From positions 16,248,182-16,312,181 of the forward strand of contig NC_092398.1 in NCBI RefSeq assembly GCF_030028105.1: 64,000 bases of DNA, read 5' to 3'. Positions 13,076-26,164 of this stretch are shown one piece after another; position 1 is the first letter of the stretch; every line of letters begins with the position of its first letter. A program made the position numbers and the translations under genes. The stretch is from Mobula birostris. Taxonomy: Eukaryota. The notes below the pieces were generated by a model that was given only the letters and a program-made list of their open reading frames with translations, was not told the origin of the DNA and searched no databases.

Positions 13076-15535
13076 AAGTCAGAATCACTTTCCCAAGGTG
13101 GAGATGTCAAATACGAGAGAGCATAACTTTCAGATGACGGTGAGAATTTAAAAGTGGTGGGCAGGGCAAGTAATAGTTTTGTTTTATTTATAGTGGCAGG
13201 GCCTGTTGTGGACTGCCATGGAGAGTGGTGGAAGTAGATATGATAAGAGGCTTTTAGATGGGAAATCGAAGGATATGAGTCACATGCAGGCAGAAGAGAT
13301 TCAGTTTAATTTGGCATTGTGTTCAGCACAGTCATCGTGGGAAGAAGGACCTGAAACTGTGCTGTACTGTTCTGTGTTCTTGGTGAGCAACAGTGACAGA
13401 AAACTCTTCAGGCAGGGGAACACACAGGTGTACCTGTGGCAATGAGTAGGGCACTCGAGAGAGTTGGACAAGGAGCACAAGTACATAGTTCTCTGAACGT
13501 GTAGACAGTGGTGAGGAAGACATTTGGCACATTGCCCTTATCAGTTGTGGCTTGGAGTACAGGAGATGGGCCTTCATGTTGTCACTGTACAAGTTAGCAG
13601 TGAGATCACAATATATTATGTGTGGTTCTACTCATTTATTTAAAGGAAGAATGTCATTCTTCTTCCCAAGCTGGAAAGGGGCACCTAATGTAAAAGGGAA
13701 AGACTCATCATGGAGAGAGTGTGTGGAGAGTTTGAAAGGAGAAATTAGAGGGGCAAAGACAAGTCAATGATTATCAGTGGAAGGAAAGATTAAGGGTATG
13801 CTCAACAAATGTTCATAATATATACATATTAATGAGTGCTTTTAAGAATATAACAAACAAGAATGTGACCAGGGAATGAGTGGGGCCTGATGTGGAGCAA
13901 AGTGACACCCTGTGTATGAGGCCAGAGGAGATGGGCAGGGTCTGAAATGAATAGCTCTCTGCTGTATTCACCAAGAGAAAGGCATTGTGTTTGGAGATTT
14001 CAATTGGTACAGTGAAATTCCAGAGCAGATGAAGATTAACAAAGGAGGGGAGATTAGATGTCTTAGCAGGGTTAAAGGTGGATAAATTCCCCAGTGCCTG
14101 ATTAGATATATCTCAGGCTACTGTTGGTGACAACAGAGGAGAGTGCTGGGGCCCTGAAATATTTAAATCACCATGACCACACAGAACCTAATCTTCATAA
14201 CTGTGAAACAACACTTATCTTCAGTTAAATAAGGTGAGAACTTACCATGAATGGTGGGGTCTGAGGGAGTACTGGGGAATATAGGGATCTTGATGTACAG
14301 ACACAGAGATCCCTGCAGGTGGCAGAAACAGACAGAGTGAAGAAGGCCGGCTTTCTTTAGCTGGGACACAGAACAGAAGTGCAGGAAGGACTTTTAAAAA
14401 CACAATTTGGGCCTTAACTGGAACAGTATGCACACTTCTGCTGTTGCACTATATGAGAGGTGTGATTCACCTTGACATTATGGGAAAGCAGGGATTGAGT
14501 TATACCTAGAGACTGCATAGTTGGGCTTTTTTTTTTCTGTGAAGCTAGGAAGACGATGGGTAAACTTAAAGAGAACAAAAAGAACATCAGTGGCATAGAC
14601 AGTGGACACAGAATTTCCCAAGCCCAGAGGAGTCTAAAGCTAGAGGGCATAGATTTGAAAGTGGGGAAAGGTTTAAAACAGAGGGACGAGGGACAACATT
14701 CTGTACATAAGCTCAACGTTCAGTTTTCCACATTCTGGGGAAAAACAGACCCAGTATTTCCACTCACTCGGTGGAACTCAGTCTCAGTCATGTTCTTGTA
14801 AATCTTTCCTCCACCCTCTCCAGCTGAATCAGTTCCTTTCTGTTGCTTGGCAACAATTCAACTCCAGTCTTATCAACATATTGTACACTTGTAACAATCC
14901 ACCTTATCTATTGTACTCAGTTCCCTGATGAAGGATTTATGACACAGGACTTCTTCACCACTCAATCTACACTATCATCACTTTCAATCAACCATGTACT
15001 CCGAGGTCTGGTTGTTCTATAACACTCCCTGGCTCCTGCCACTTACTAAGTAAGGTCCTGGTTCAACTTGCAAATGTTTTGATCTTCTGTGAGTTAAATT
15101 TCATCTAGTTTACCCACATCCTGTTGTGACCTTACTACCAGCTTTGCAACCATCAGTGAACTTATTTATCGACATTCACATCCAAATCATTAATGTACAT
15201 GACAAAGAACGGGGGGCAGGCACGGATCCCTGTAGCACACCACTGGTCACAGGTCTCCAATCTGAAAAGGAAGCAGATGTGTAGATGCAGAAGGGCCACA
15301 GAGAGATGAGAGCAGATCTGTGAGAGTTTATCAGGATGGGAGGAGGTTAGAGAGAGTGAGGGGTGAGGACCAAGGAGGGATGTGAGCCCGAGGATGAGAA
15401 TGGGAAACATGAGGCAGGGAGCCAGGGAGCCAGGGCAGTAAGGAGCTGACAGACACTGACTGTCCCCGGGGCGGCAGGCAGGATGTGAAGAGGCTAATGC
15501 TCACAGTGGCGTTGAAGTGCAGCAAGTACAGAACG

Positions 15536-15894
15536 AGCAACACACGTAAAAGTTGCTGCTGAACGCAGCAGGCCAGGCAGCATCTCTAGGAAGAAGTACA
15601 GTCGACGTTTTGGGCCGAGACCCTTCGTCAGGACTAACTGAAGGAAGAGCTAGTAAGAGATTTGAAAGTGGGCGGGAGAGGGGGAGATCCGAAATGATAG
15701 GAGAAGACAGGAGGAGGAGGGATGGAGCCAAGAGCTGGACAGTTGATTAGCAAAAGTGATATGAGAGGATCATGGGACAGGAAGCCTAGGGAGAAAGAAA
15801 AGGGGGAGGGGGGAAGCCCAGAGGATGGGCAAGGGGTATAGTTAGAGGGACAGAGGGAGAAAAAGGAGAGAGAGAAAAAGAATGTGTGTATATA
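15536..15894 (-). mobile_element. Penelope-like terminal repeat with hammerhead motif (GAAA mutated to AAAA)
   Basis: Reverse complement of 15599-15636 reads TAGTC CTGACGA AGGGTCTCGGCCC AAAA CGTC GACTG. The element continues briefly after the LTR at ~16599-16620. Confidence 0.8.
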
Positions 15895-16594
15895 TGCAAG
15901 GGGGTTTCGATTTTTATGTTACTGCGGAGGCCAATTAAAATGGCGTTTTTGTTATGTCAATCTGGGGAATGCAGCTTTGTTGTGCTTTAACGCTGAGAAA
16001 GTTTGCGCTAGCAGCTTATTGTGGTTTAGAGGGTAATAAGAGGGTGCTATTAACCAATTGGGGTAGTTGTTATGGTTTTGGTGTATTTGAACATACTGTT
16101 TGCGAGGGGGTTTGGGGACAGAAGGCGGGAGAGCGAGACAGAGGATGGACCAGGTGCTGTGAGTCCGCTAACGGGGTCGGACCCCGAGCGGGACGTTCGG
16201 CGAGGAGAGGAGACGGAGACGGACTCGTATGGAGCGTCTGGTCGACCACCGTTGTTGGTCCCAGGCGGCCGGTCGAGGTGGTCCGAGGGGGTCGCAGGGT
16301 GAAGAAGGTGGTCCTTGAGCTCCAACGGTTTTTGTGCACGAAGAGATTGAACTTTGATAAGTGTGGCGCCTTTTATTTTCCTTTTATATTTTATTCTCTT
16401 TTAATTATATAGTTCCAGTAATATCTATAAACTGTAAATCATTTAATTGCGTCTGGTGTATTGTCTGTTATTTGGGCGGGGTGGGGTACCTCACACAGCA
16501 TCCACACAAACGAATTATCCAGTTTGGCGGGGCCGTGGCTGTTTCCCTAGCGACAGCGAGCCGAGCGACCCTAAGAGTTGCCAGGGGGGCTACA
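15895..16594. mobile_element. Solo LTR (700 bp), Gypsy-like
   Basis: TG...CA termini (TGCAAGGGGG...GGGGGCTACA) with 4-bp TSD TATA at 15891-15894 and 16595-16598. Related copy at 63421-64000. Confidence 0.85.
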
Positions 16595-17399
16595 TATAGA
16601 TAAATAACGGATGGAGTACGACCCCACTTCATCTTCTAACTTTTTAAGTTGGTTGGCAGTTCAACTTAAAGGTGTATTACCATCACCAACAAGACTGGAG
16701 TGTGGTGTAGAGAGTTGTGGAAACAAAACCCTTACTACTTCTCTTTCAAATGAAAACTAAATTACCCCAAAAATCCCTATAGATTGTAAGCAATGAAAGA
16801 TGATATTGTGACTTAAATTAAAGGCACTCTCATAACTTAACAACTATTAAATGAAAACTATCAACCCCCAAAGATTGTAATGAAGTCTGCATTTGATTTC
16901 TGTCAACCTTATATGCTTCACACTGTGATAGAATGAGTTTATCTGTTTCATAATGATGAGAAAACCTACACACCCTCCACTGATGTTTTCCAACAAGATA
17001 CAAGGAATAATTACACATATTATGCCCAATTCTAAGTTGTGGTATAACACTCCCTTCCCTTCTTGTTTTACACTCTTCTCCCACAAACCCAACAGTTTTA
17101 TGTGTTGTATAAAGTTGTCTTCCCTTATGCCCATTATTCCACAGATCTTGCCATATCCTCCTCATTCTTAACCCACCAAACCCTTAGATTCTGATTTGCT
17201 AGGTGGGAGGTCTATATCCACTATTGAACAAACAATCAAACAAACAAACTTTCTTATCCAAACAATCTGTCTGTTCATTCCCCCTCAACACCTCTATATG
17301 CAGGGACCCTTAAGAAGCCAACATATAAACCAATAATTTGTACACAAACATGTTTGATGAGCTTACAACAGTAAGTCTGACCTACTGCTAGAATGACAA

Positions 17400-17605
17400 A
17401 CAAGAGAAAGATGCTGGAAATCCAAGCAACACACATAAAATGCTGGAGGAACTCAGCAGGCCAGTCAGCATCTATGGAAAAAAGTACAGTTGACGTTTTG
17501 GGCCAAAAATTGGAGAGAATCTGAGGAGTAGATTTTACTTTTTTCTGTACTTTTTTTCCATAGACGCTGCCTAGCTGACTGTTCCTACAGCATTTTGTGT
17601 GTAGT
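17400..17605. mobile_element. Penelope-like inverted terminal-repeat cassette
   Basis: ACACATAAAATGCTGGAGGAAC..GCATCTATGGAAAAAAGTACAG followed by the inverted copy CTGTACTTTTTTCCATAGACGCTG..CAGCATTTTGTGTGT. Confidence 0.75.
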
Positions 17606-18244
17606 ACTCCTAGAGTGACCTGTTTTAAGACTAATCAAAACAGAAAAGGAATCTGAACAAATTACAATTTAACATTGACAAATTTTCTCCACCCACTGTA
17701 AGCCTAAAATGATGGCAACCAGTTCTGTGGTACGTACTCATAAATGGTTAGTAAGTTGTTTTTATTTTTGTTACCTGTAATTCAGGCACAAGAACAGCCT
17801 CACCAACATTCCCAGTTGAATTATCTTTTGATCCATCTGTAAAAGTGCTTACCATATCACAATAATTTTCCTCAATATATTGAGGAAGCACCACGCTCTC
17901 CACCATAACAGAATCCTTAGACTTTATTAAATCGTGTAACCTAAAGTCAATGGAAAAAGCAAGGTGGAGTTACCAAGAAAGCTACAGTCGGATATATTGT
18001 GTAATCCATGTTCTGGCGTGATAAGGACCCAGCCACACATAACTAAAAACACACTTCTTCTGATGTTCCCAATAGTCCTCCACCACACGTCTAACAGGGT
18101 GATCATTTCATTGCGCCCTCAAATTAATTCAGTACGTTAACATCACTTCAACCTCCGCAATTGTAAGGGTTATTGTCCCATTTCAACCAGGAAAGCCGAA
18201 ACGGGGGACAACCATTTGCCACCACAAGACAATCTTAAACCCTT

Positions 18245-18439
18245 ACAAGAGGAATTCTGCAGATGCTGGAAATTCAAGCAACACACATCAAAGTTGCTGG
18301 TGAACGCAGCAGGCCAAGCAGCATCTCTAGGAAGAGGTACAGTCGACGTTTCAGGCCGAGACCCTTCGTCAGGACTAACTGAAGGAAGAGTTAGTAAGAG
18401 TCTTACTAGAGATGCTACCTGGCCTGCTGCGTTCACCAG
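18245..18439. mobile_element. Young Penelope-like inverted cassette with 14-bp target-site duplication
   Basis: AATCTTAAACCCTT at 18231-18244 and 18440-18453; internal inverted repeat 18297-18330 / 18406-18439. Confidence 0.85.
18340..18377 (-). ncRNA. Minimal type I hammerhead ribozyme (Penelope-associated), catalytic core intact
   Basis: Minus strand UAGUC CUGACGA AGGGUCUCGGCCU GAAA CGUC^GACUG: stem I UAGUC/GACUG, core CUGANGA and GAAA, GUC cleavage triplet, and palindromic ACGU in place of stem III. Confidence 0.75.
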
Positions 18440-18789
18440 AATCTTAAACCCTTTGCTTATATCACATCCAAACATATTAAACTTGAAGATTAAGCCACAC
18501 GGCCATAATCAAGAAGAGATCTAATTAAACAAATATTTTCGTGCAGCACCCCAAAAATATCCGCATAGACACCTGAGAAAATTAAATATTTATTTTTATC
18601 AATAATTTCACTGATACGATGCCTCCCTGTTAGCTTATTATCCAACCACGTGCAAAGAAATTTTACCGCCGATACTTCTTCAAGAATTTGACAATATAAT
18701 TTCCAATCAAATGCAGGTCTATTAATCCTCTTTGTGAAACATAACTTGAGTGTTTGCTACTAAAAGTTTAAATCCCCATCTATCCGCCC

Positions 18790-18920
18790 GCTATTCGTCT
18801 CGTACCTGCCGCCCCGGACCTGACCGGCTGGTTGCCCAGGAAACGACGTCAGTGAAAGGAGCCCAGTCTTTGACGTCAACGCGCCACGGATCGGTAATCG
18901 CTGGGTATCACGTGATGATG
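18790..18920 (-). promoter_or_regulatory. CpG-rich promoter/first-exon module (RFX X-box, CREs, E-box, GC box)
   Basis: GTTGCCCAGGAAAC 18831-18844, CGACGTCA 18844-18851, TGACGTCA 18871-18878, TCACGTGA 18908-18915; minus-strand donor CAG|GTACGA at 18806/18805. Confidence 0.6.
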
Positions 18921-19029
18921 AGGCAGCAGCCGGGGAGGAGGGAAAGGAGCTGTCAATCATAGGAGCAGCTGGGAAACCTGTGAACATTATGAATAGATGA
19001 AAACAACGAACGTCACCGAAAAACATTTG

Positions 19030-20330
19030 TCAAAGTAAATTTACTGTCAAACCACGTATATGTCACCAAATGCTACCTTGAGATTCTTTCCTTGCAGGCA
19101 TTTACAGGAAAATAAATGCAATAGGATTTACTAAAACCAAAAAAATAGCAGAGACTGACAAAGAGCCAATGTGCAAAAAGGACAAATCTTGCAAATAATA
19201 AAAGCAATAAGTAATAATGAGAGCATGAGTTGTAGAGAACTTGAAAGTGAGCCTGTAGGTTGTGGAATCAGTTCTAGTTTAAAGTTCAAAATAAAATTTG
19301 TCATCAGGGTATATACATGTCACCAAATACATCAATGAGATTCTTTTTCTGCGGGCATACTTAGAAAATCTATAGAAAATTAACTGTAAACAGCATAAAT
19401 AGACAACAAACTGTGCAAGTGTGGATAAAAATAAATCACAATAAATAATGAGCATTAAATAACAAGATGAACATACCTTAAAGTCAGATTATTGATTGTG
19501 GGAAGAACAGAAGTAGAAAGAGTGTAGTTATCCTCTTTTGTTCAAGAGCCTATTGGTTAGGGTGTAGTAACTGCGGTGAACCTGGTGGTGCAAATCCTGA
19601 GGCACTTGTACCTTCTACCTGATGGCAGCAGCGAGAAAAGAACATGGCTTGGGTGGTGAGGATCTTTGATGATAGATGTTGCATTTTTACAATGTTTCAT
19701 GTGATTCTGCTCAATAGTAGGGAGGGTTTTACCCGAAATGTACTGGGCCAAATCCACTACCATTTGTAAGATTTTCAGTTCAAAGGCATTGGTGTTCCCA
19801 TACCAAGTTGTAATACAGCCAGTCAGCACACTTACATCTATAGAAGTTTGCAAAGGTCTTTGATAACATGTCAAGCCTCCGCAGACCCCTGAGGAAGTAG
19901 AGGCGCTACCGTCCATAACAGGACCTCTAAGATAGTGACCCCCTAGGAATTTCACCAAGTGAAGTTATCTATGCAGTTTCAAGAGCATGAGTAACGTAGG
20001 GTAATAACTCTTTGTGAACCTAGTAGTGTGAAACCTCATGCTCCTGTACCTCCTTCCTCACATGCAGTGAGAAGAGACCATGGTGTGGATGATAGTTTTC
20101 CCTGATGATGGATGCTGCTTTCTCATGGCAGCGCTCCTTACAAATGTGCACAATGATGGAGAGGGCTTTGCCTGTGATGAACTGGTCTGTATCCACCACT
20201 TTTTGTCACCTTCATTCCTGGGCATTGGCGTTTCGATACCAGGGCATCATCGAAACAGTTAGGATACTCTCCACTCTGCATCTGTCTAAGTATGTCAAAG
20301 GTTTAGATGACATGCTGATTATACTTCCAA
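19030..20330 (-). mobile_element. Two nested Rex-Babar-like LINE 3' ends
   Basis: SVLTGCITTWYGN and IIKDPHHPSHVLFSLLPSGRRY. The inner copy (~19280-19960) interrupts the outer copy, which is shared with 27765-28360. Confidence 0.8.
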
Positions 20331-20344
20331 AATAGTAATCTCTG

Positions 20345-23170
20345 GATCACTTTCAGTGCCATGGGCTGGTGCAGGTAGGAACAGGGTGAAAGCATGGATC
20401 AATCAGTAGCTGAAGAGATGGTGCAGGGGACAGGGTTTCAAATTCTTGGATCATTGGAAACATGGGGAGGTTGCTGACCTGTACAAGAGGGACAGCTTGC
20501 ACCTAAACTGCAGGGGAACCAATATCCTGGTCAGGTTGTCTGCTGACGCTACTCGAGAGAGTTTTGCAGGGAGCTGGGAACCAGAACACCAGAACAATAA
20601 GGGAAGGATCAGACCGAAAGGTAGCTGTCAGGGAAAGTATTGAAAGGCTAAATCAAAGTAACAGGTATGATCGTTCAGATAGTTTGAAGTGTGAATATTT
20701 TAATGGTAGAGGAATTATGGGTAAGGTAGATGAACTTAGGGCATGGATCAGTACAAGGAATGGTGATGTTGTGACCATTACTGGAACTTGGTTCAGAGAG
20801 GGGAAGGCATGGGTGATTAATGTACCAGGTTTTTGAAGTTTTTGGAAATATAGAGGAGAAGGTAAAAGATTTTTTTTTGGGGGGGAGAGTTTTACTTCAA
20901 ATCAAGGACAATATCACAGCTGCACTGGAGGAGACACGACGGAGGGTTTAGACACTGAGTCCATTTGAGTAGAACTCAGGAATAAGAAGGGTGCAATCAC
21001 ACTGATGGGATTGTACTACAGACGATCGGGACAATGCTTCAATATAGGATGTTGAGGAACAGATATGTAATCAGATTAAGGAAATGTGTAAAAATAATAG
21101 GGCTGGTGTCAATGGGGGATTTTAACATCCCCAATATAAACTCAGACCTTCTAGCACAAGGGGTTTAGATGAAGCAGGATTTGTTAAGTGTATCCAGGAG
21201 GGGTTCTTAAATCAGTACGTGGACAGTCCACTGAGAAGACGGGTTGTACCTGACCTGGTGTTGGGTAAGAGGGCTGACCAGGTGACTGAAATTTCAGTGA
21301 GTGAGCACTGTTCAGCAGGGAACAGTGACAACAACTCCATAGCTTTCTGGATAGGTACTTGTGTGCAGTATTAGGCAGTAACAAAGAAGAGTTAAATGGG
21401 AACACCTTTTTTCTTCATGACCACATTAGACTCGTGGAGGGTGTTTAAAGATCAATTGCACAGAGCACAGGAAAGGTATGTTCCTGTGAGAAGAAAAGAC
21501 AAGGAATGAAAGATAAGAGAACCTTGTATATCCAGAGAGGTGATAGATTTACTCAAGAAGAAAAAGTGAAAATTAGGTAAAGCTTTGGAAGTTAGGATCA
21601 AACGAAGCACAGGAAGAATATAAAGAAACCATAAAAGGACTGAAGAAGGGAATTAGGAAAGCCAGGAGGGGCCATGAAAAGTCCTTGGTAAGGTGAATTA
21701 GGTGAATCACAAGGCATTCTATACAAACGTTAAGAGCAAGAGGAGGAATTAAGGGGAGTTAGGACCACTCGAGGATAAAGGGAGGAACATTTTCTTGGAT
21801 GTAGAGAATGTCAGTGAGGTACTTAATAAGTACTTTGCTTATTATTTACCAAAGAACAGGATATGGAAGACCAGGAGATCAGAACTGAGTGTATAAATAT
21901 GTTAGGACATACGTCAGGGAGGAGGAAGTGTTAGTCCTCCTAATGAGTATTAAGGTGGATAAGGGGATTTACCCTAGGTTATTGAAGGAAGCAAGAGGCA
22001 AGATTTCTGGGGCCTTGACCAATATCTTTATGTCCATTCTAGTCACAGGCGAGGTCCCGGAGGACTGGTGAGTGGCTAATGTTATACCTCTATTTATGAA
22101 GGGAACAAATGAAAATTCTGGAAACTATAGACCGGTGACTCTTATGTCAGCTGCAGGGAAATTGCTGGGGAAAATCCTTATGGACAGGATATATGAGCAT
22201 TCGGAAACACATGGGGAGAGCCAGCATGGCTTTGCGTGGTCATGTCATAACAAATTGATTAAGATTTTTGACAAGGATATGAGCGAGATTGATGAGGGTA
22301 GGGCAGTAGTGCCCCCTCCCCCAGGTGCCTATCACCTCCCTCATGGTTCCGCCTCCTTGTACTACCCATTGTGCTTTCCCCTATTCTTTCTTCACCTTTC
22401 CTGCCTATCACCTCCCTGCTTCACCTCCCCCACCCCTTTATCTTTCCCCTTACTGAATTTTCACCTGGCACCTACAAGCCTTCTCCTTCCTACCCTCCCC
22501 CAGCCTTCTTTATAGGGCCTCTGCCCCTTCCCTCTTCAGTCCTGATGCAGGGTTCTAGCCCGAAATGCTGACTGATCCTTTCCATGGATGCTGCCCGACC
22601 TGCTGAGTTCCTCCAGCGTGTTGTGAGGTGTTGTCTACTTACTAGTGATTCTAGTAAGGTGCTTAACAAAACTCCTCATGGAGGCTATTCCAGAAGATTA
22701 AGATGCATGGGGTCCATGACAAATTGGCTGTTTGGATTCAGAATTGGCTTGCACATGGAAGACAGAGGGTGGAGGTTGAAGGGACTTATTCAGGCTGGAG
22801 TTCTGTAATTAATGGTGTTATGCAGGGATCTGTGCTAGGACCGCTACTGTTTCTCATGTATATGAATGAACGGGAGGAAAATGTAAATGGGTGGGTTAGT
22901 AAGTTTGCGAATGCTACCAAGTTGGTGGAGCGGTGGGTAGTGTAGAAGACTAGCAAAGAATACAACACGATATAGATCATTTGCAGATATAGACAGAGAA
23001 ATGGAAGATGGAGTTTATACCAGATAAATGAGAAGTGTTCCACCTTGGTAGGGCAAATGCAAGGACAATCTGAGTTGGATGATCAGCCATGATCATAATA
23101 AATGGCGGTGCAGGCTCGAAGGGCCGAATGGCCTACTCCTGCACCTATTTTCTATGTTTCTATGTTTTCT
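20345..23170 (+). mobile_element. CR1 LINE (ORF1 esterase end, APE, RT), degenerate, ending in a CR1 3' tail
   Basis: LYKRDSLHLN, KVDELRAWI..ITGTW, NYRPVTL and QGSVLGPLLF; tail TTCTATGTTTCTATG at ~23150-23170. Confidence 0.9.
22310..22630 (+). mobile_element. Penelope-like terminal repeat with decayed hammerhead
   Basis: CAGTC CTGATGC AGGGTTCTAGCCC GAAA TGCT GACTG at 22537-22574, then CTGCTGAGTTCCTCCAGC. Confidence 0.8.
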
Positions 23171-24140
23171 AATATTAAGGGCAAGACCACCACCAGTTCT
23201 TCCAACAATTTAGATATTCCTTGTTGGTTTTGATCAAGAGCATATACTGTTTCATTTGCTAACTTTTCCAATGCTGATGCCATGTTAATCAGTTCCCGAG
23301 CTGATTTACTGGTTCCAGGGGCAAGTGTTACCTTCCCCAGGGATAACACCAAGTCCTTTCACTCTGGTGTTAGCATTGTTTTATGGAGGTATATACCATC
23401 CTCTGAAACACTCGCTGTTTCCAAATTTATATCCCCATCTTCCCCCAGTAACATTCTGGCTGTACCGATAAGAGGAGGAAAGGGGGTCTATGCTTCTGAG
23501 CAACACACACAACTCACTGGAGGAACTCAGCAGGTCGGGCAGCATCCGTGGAATCGAACAGTCAACGTTTTGGGCCGAGACCCATCGTCAGGACTGAAGG
23601 GGGAGGGGGTAGGTTGCCCCATAAAAAGGTGGGGGGAGGGTGGGAAGGAGAAGGCTGGTAGGTGCCAGGTGAAAAACCAGTAAGGGGAAAGATCAAGGGG
23701 TGGGGGAGGGGAAGCAGGGAGGGGACAGGCAGGAAAGGTGAAGAAGGAATAGGGGAAATCACAATGGGCAGTAGAAGGAGGCGGAGCCATGAGGGAGGTG
23801 ATAGGCAGCTGGGGGAGGGGTCATAGTGAAATTGGGATGGGGGAAGGGAGGGGGAGAGAATTACTGGAAACTGGAGAATTCAACGTTCATGCCAAGGGGA
23901 TGTTTCTGAGTCCCATCGTCATATCCAGGGCAGAAGGCTTGAACCAGTTAAAGTAACAGTTCATCTCTGTTTCATCAAAATGGGCACACCTATTTCTACA
24001 TGTGTTTGGACAGCCAAACAAACCCAGAAGCTTGAGAAATTGGCCCTGTTTGTATAACTGTAAATCATCCATAGGAAAGTGTTTGTGGTAGAGAATAGAC
24101 ATGGGCTAATCCAGCCATTGTCATTAGAACTCTCAGAATT
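23170..24140 (-). pseudogene. env: Endogenous retrovirus env remnant (SU N-terminus and TM heptad repeat)
   Basis: NTFLWMIYSYTNRANFSSFWVC (decayed CWVC motif) near 24010-24090, and ARELINMASALEKLANET..ISKLLEELVVVLPLIL TM heptad at 23170-23310. It follows the integrase stop directly and is internally deleted. Confidence 0.75.
23484..23890 (-). mobile_element. Penelope-like terminal repeat inserted in env
   Basis: Reverse complement of 23559-23596 reads CAGTC CTGACGA TGGGTCTCGGCCC AAAA CGTT GACTG, followed by the typical purine-rich tract. Confidence 0.8.
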
Positions 24141-26040
24141 TCACACCTTCTTACAGTGAGATGCATGAATCCACAACATATTTTCTCTTAGCTTGACAGC
24201 TTCATTGTACCCAGCAATACCTGAAATGGTCCTTCGAATTGAGGTTCCAATGGACAATAGACAATAGGTGCAGGAGTAGGCCATTCGGCCCTTTGAACCA
24301 GCACCGCCATTCACTGTGATCATGGCTGATCATCCACAATCAGTATCCAGTTCCTGCCTTATCCCCATAACCTTTGATTCCGCTATCTTTAAGAGCTCTA
24401 TCCATTTCTTTCTTGAAAGCATCCAGAGACTTGGCCTCCACAGCCTTCTGGGGCAGAGCATTCCATATATCCACCACTCTCTGGGTGAAAAAGTTTTTCC
24501 TCAACTCCGTTCTAAATGGCCTACCCCTTATTCTTAAACTGTGGCCTCTGGTTCTGGACTCACCCATCAGCGGGAACATGCTTCCTGCCTCCAGCGTGTC
24601 CAATCCCTTAATAATCTTATATGTTTCAATAAGATCCCCTCTCAGCCTTCTGAATTCCAGAGTATACAAGCCCAGTCTCTCCAATCTTTCAACATATGAC
24701 AGTCCCACCATGCCAGGAATTAACCTCGTGAATCTACGCTGCACTCCCTCAATAGCAAGAATGTCCTTCCTCAAATTTGGAGACTAAAACTGCACACAGT
24801 ACTCCAGGTGTGGTCTCACCAGGGCCCTGAACAGCTGCAGAAGGACCTCTTTGCTCTTATACTCAATTCCCCTTGCTATGAAGGCCAGCATGCCATTAGC
24901 TTTCTTTGCTGCCTGCTGTACTTGCATGCTTGCTTTCAGTGACTGATGTACAAGAACACCTAGATCTCGATGTACTTCCCCTTTTCCTAACTTGACTCCA
25001 TTTAGATAATAATCTGTCTTCCTGTTCTTACCACCAAAGTGGATAACCTCACATTTATCCACATTAAGCTGCATTTGCCATGCATCTGCCCACTCACTCA
25101 GCCTGTCCAAGTCACCCTGCATTCTCATAACATCCTCTTCACATTTCACAATGCCACCCAGCTTTGTGTCATCGGCAAATTTGCTAATGTTACTTTTAAT
25201 TCCCTCATCTACATCATTAATATATATTTTAAACAGCTGCGGTCCCAGCACTGAACCCTGCGGTACCCCACTGGTCACTGCCTGCCATTCCGAAAGGGAC
25301 CGGTTAATCGCTACTCTTTGTTTCCTGTCAAAGCAATTCTTTCTTTTAAATGTCCAACCCCCATGTAGTCTCCAGGCTCGATGTTGTGGCACTTAGCATC
25401 TGCTAATGGTTGCTGGACTTCCTTTACCTGTTGATGTTATTTGGTAACTCCCAGGGGCACATCAGATGGAAGGTGCAGGGGCTGTCCCATTGTGATTTAA
25501 TGTGGGGATAAATCAATTAACAGTGGCTCGAATAGTCATCAGAACCAAAGGCAGCACTTGCTTCCACTTTAGTTCAGTTTTCTCACACACTTCTTAAATT
25601 GTTCAGCTCACTCTTTCCACTGGGGCCGCTGACTGAGGATGGTAGCTACAATGGAAATGTTGATCCACCTGTAAGGCTTTGCTTGCTTCTTTAAATACGC
25701 TACCAGTGAAATTGCGACTGTTGTTGCTAGATAGTTTCCAGGGGATCCCAAATCACAGGATTATTTCCTTTTACATATATTTCACTACTGTAACTGCATC
25801 ATTCTTTCTACAAGGAAATGCTTCAACCATTGTTAGATCATATCTATAATGACTAATACCCTTTACATTAAACAAATTTAATAAAGTCAATCCGTAAGTG
25901 TACAAAAGCGCCACCTGACAGTGGTGTATTAACCTCTCTTACTTATGTCAGCTTCCCCAAATTCTGTAAGGTACATCATACATTGTTCTGCAACTTGAGA
26001 TACTTCAGGGGCATGGCAAATTCGGGGTTATTTAATTAAT
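24141..26040 (-). pseudogene. pol: Endogenous retrovirus integrase remnant (class I, gamma/epsilon-like), split by CR1
   Basis: FVHLRIDFI, VLVIIDM, EAFPCRKNDAVTVVK, FGIPWKLSSNN, FHCSYHPQSAAPVERV, WKQVLPLVLMTIR, CHNIEPGDY, LEPQFEGPFQVLL and WIHASHCKKV*, with stops and frameshifts. Confidence 0.9.
24252..25331 (-). mobile_element. Young 5'-truncated CR1 LINE
   Basis: RT region continuous except for one TGG>TAG at 24784-24786; GVPQGSVLGP and KFADDTK; (CTATTGT)2 tail. Confidence 0.95.
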
Positions 26041-26164
26041 CCTTGCCTTCTTGCCCAGATGTGTGAACTTGTGAACACACCAGGAAATTCATTCTACCAG
26101 TTTACTTGGGGTCAGAACAAGTCCACCGGAGTAAAGCCACACACCATCATGCTGTTTAAAACCC

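Larger units (their letters stand above)
16640..18745 (-). mobile_element. Nimb/I-clade LINE 3' region with RNase H domain, degenerate
   Basis: Minus-strand FTDGSKD, ELVAIILGLQWVE, ICSDSFS and WQDLWN..LRIGHN motifs, interrupted by two Penelope cassettes. Confidence 0.8.

Noticed and set aside
15954-16412. 152-aa ORF
   Set aside because: Inside a solo LTR; chance ORF.
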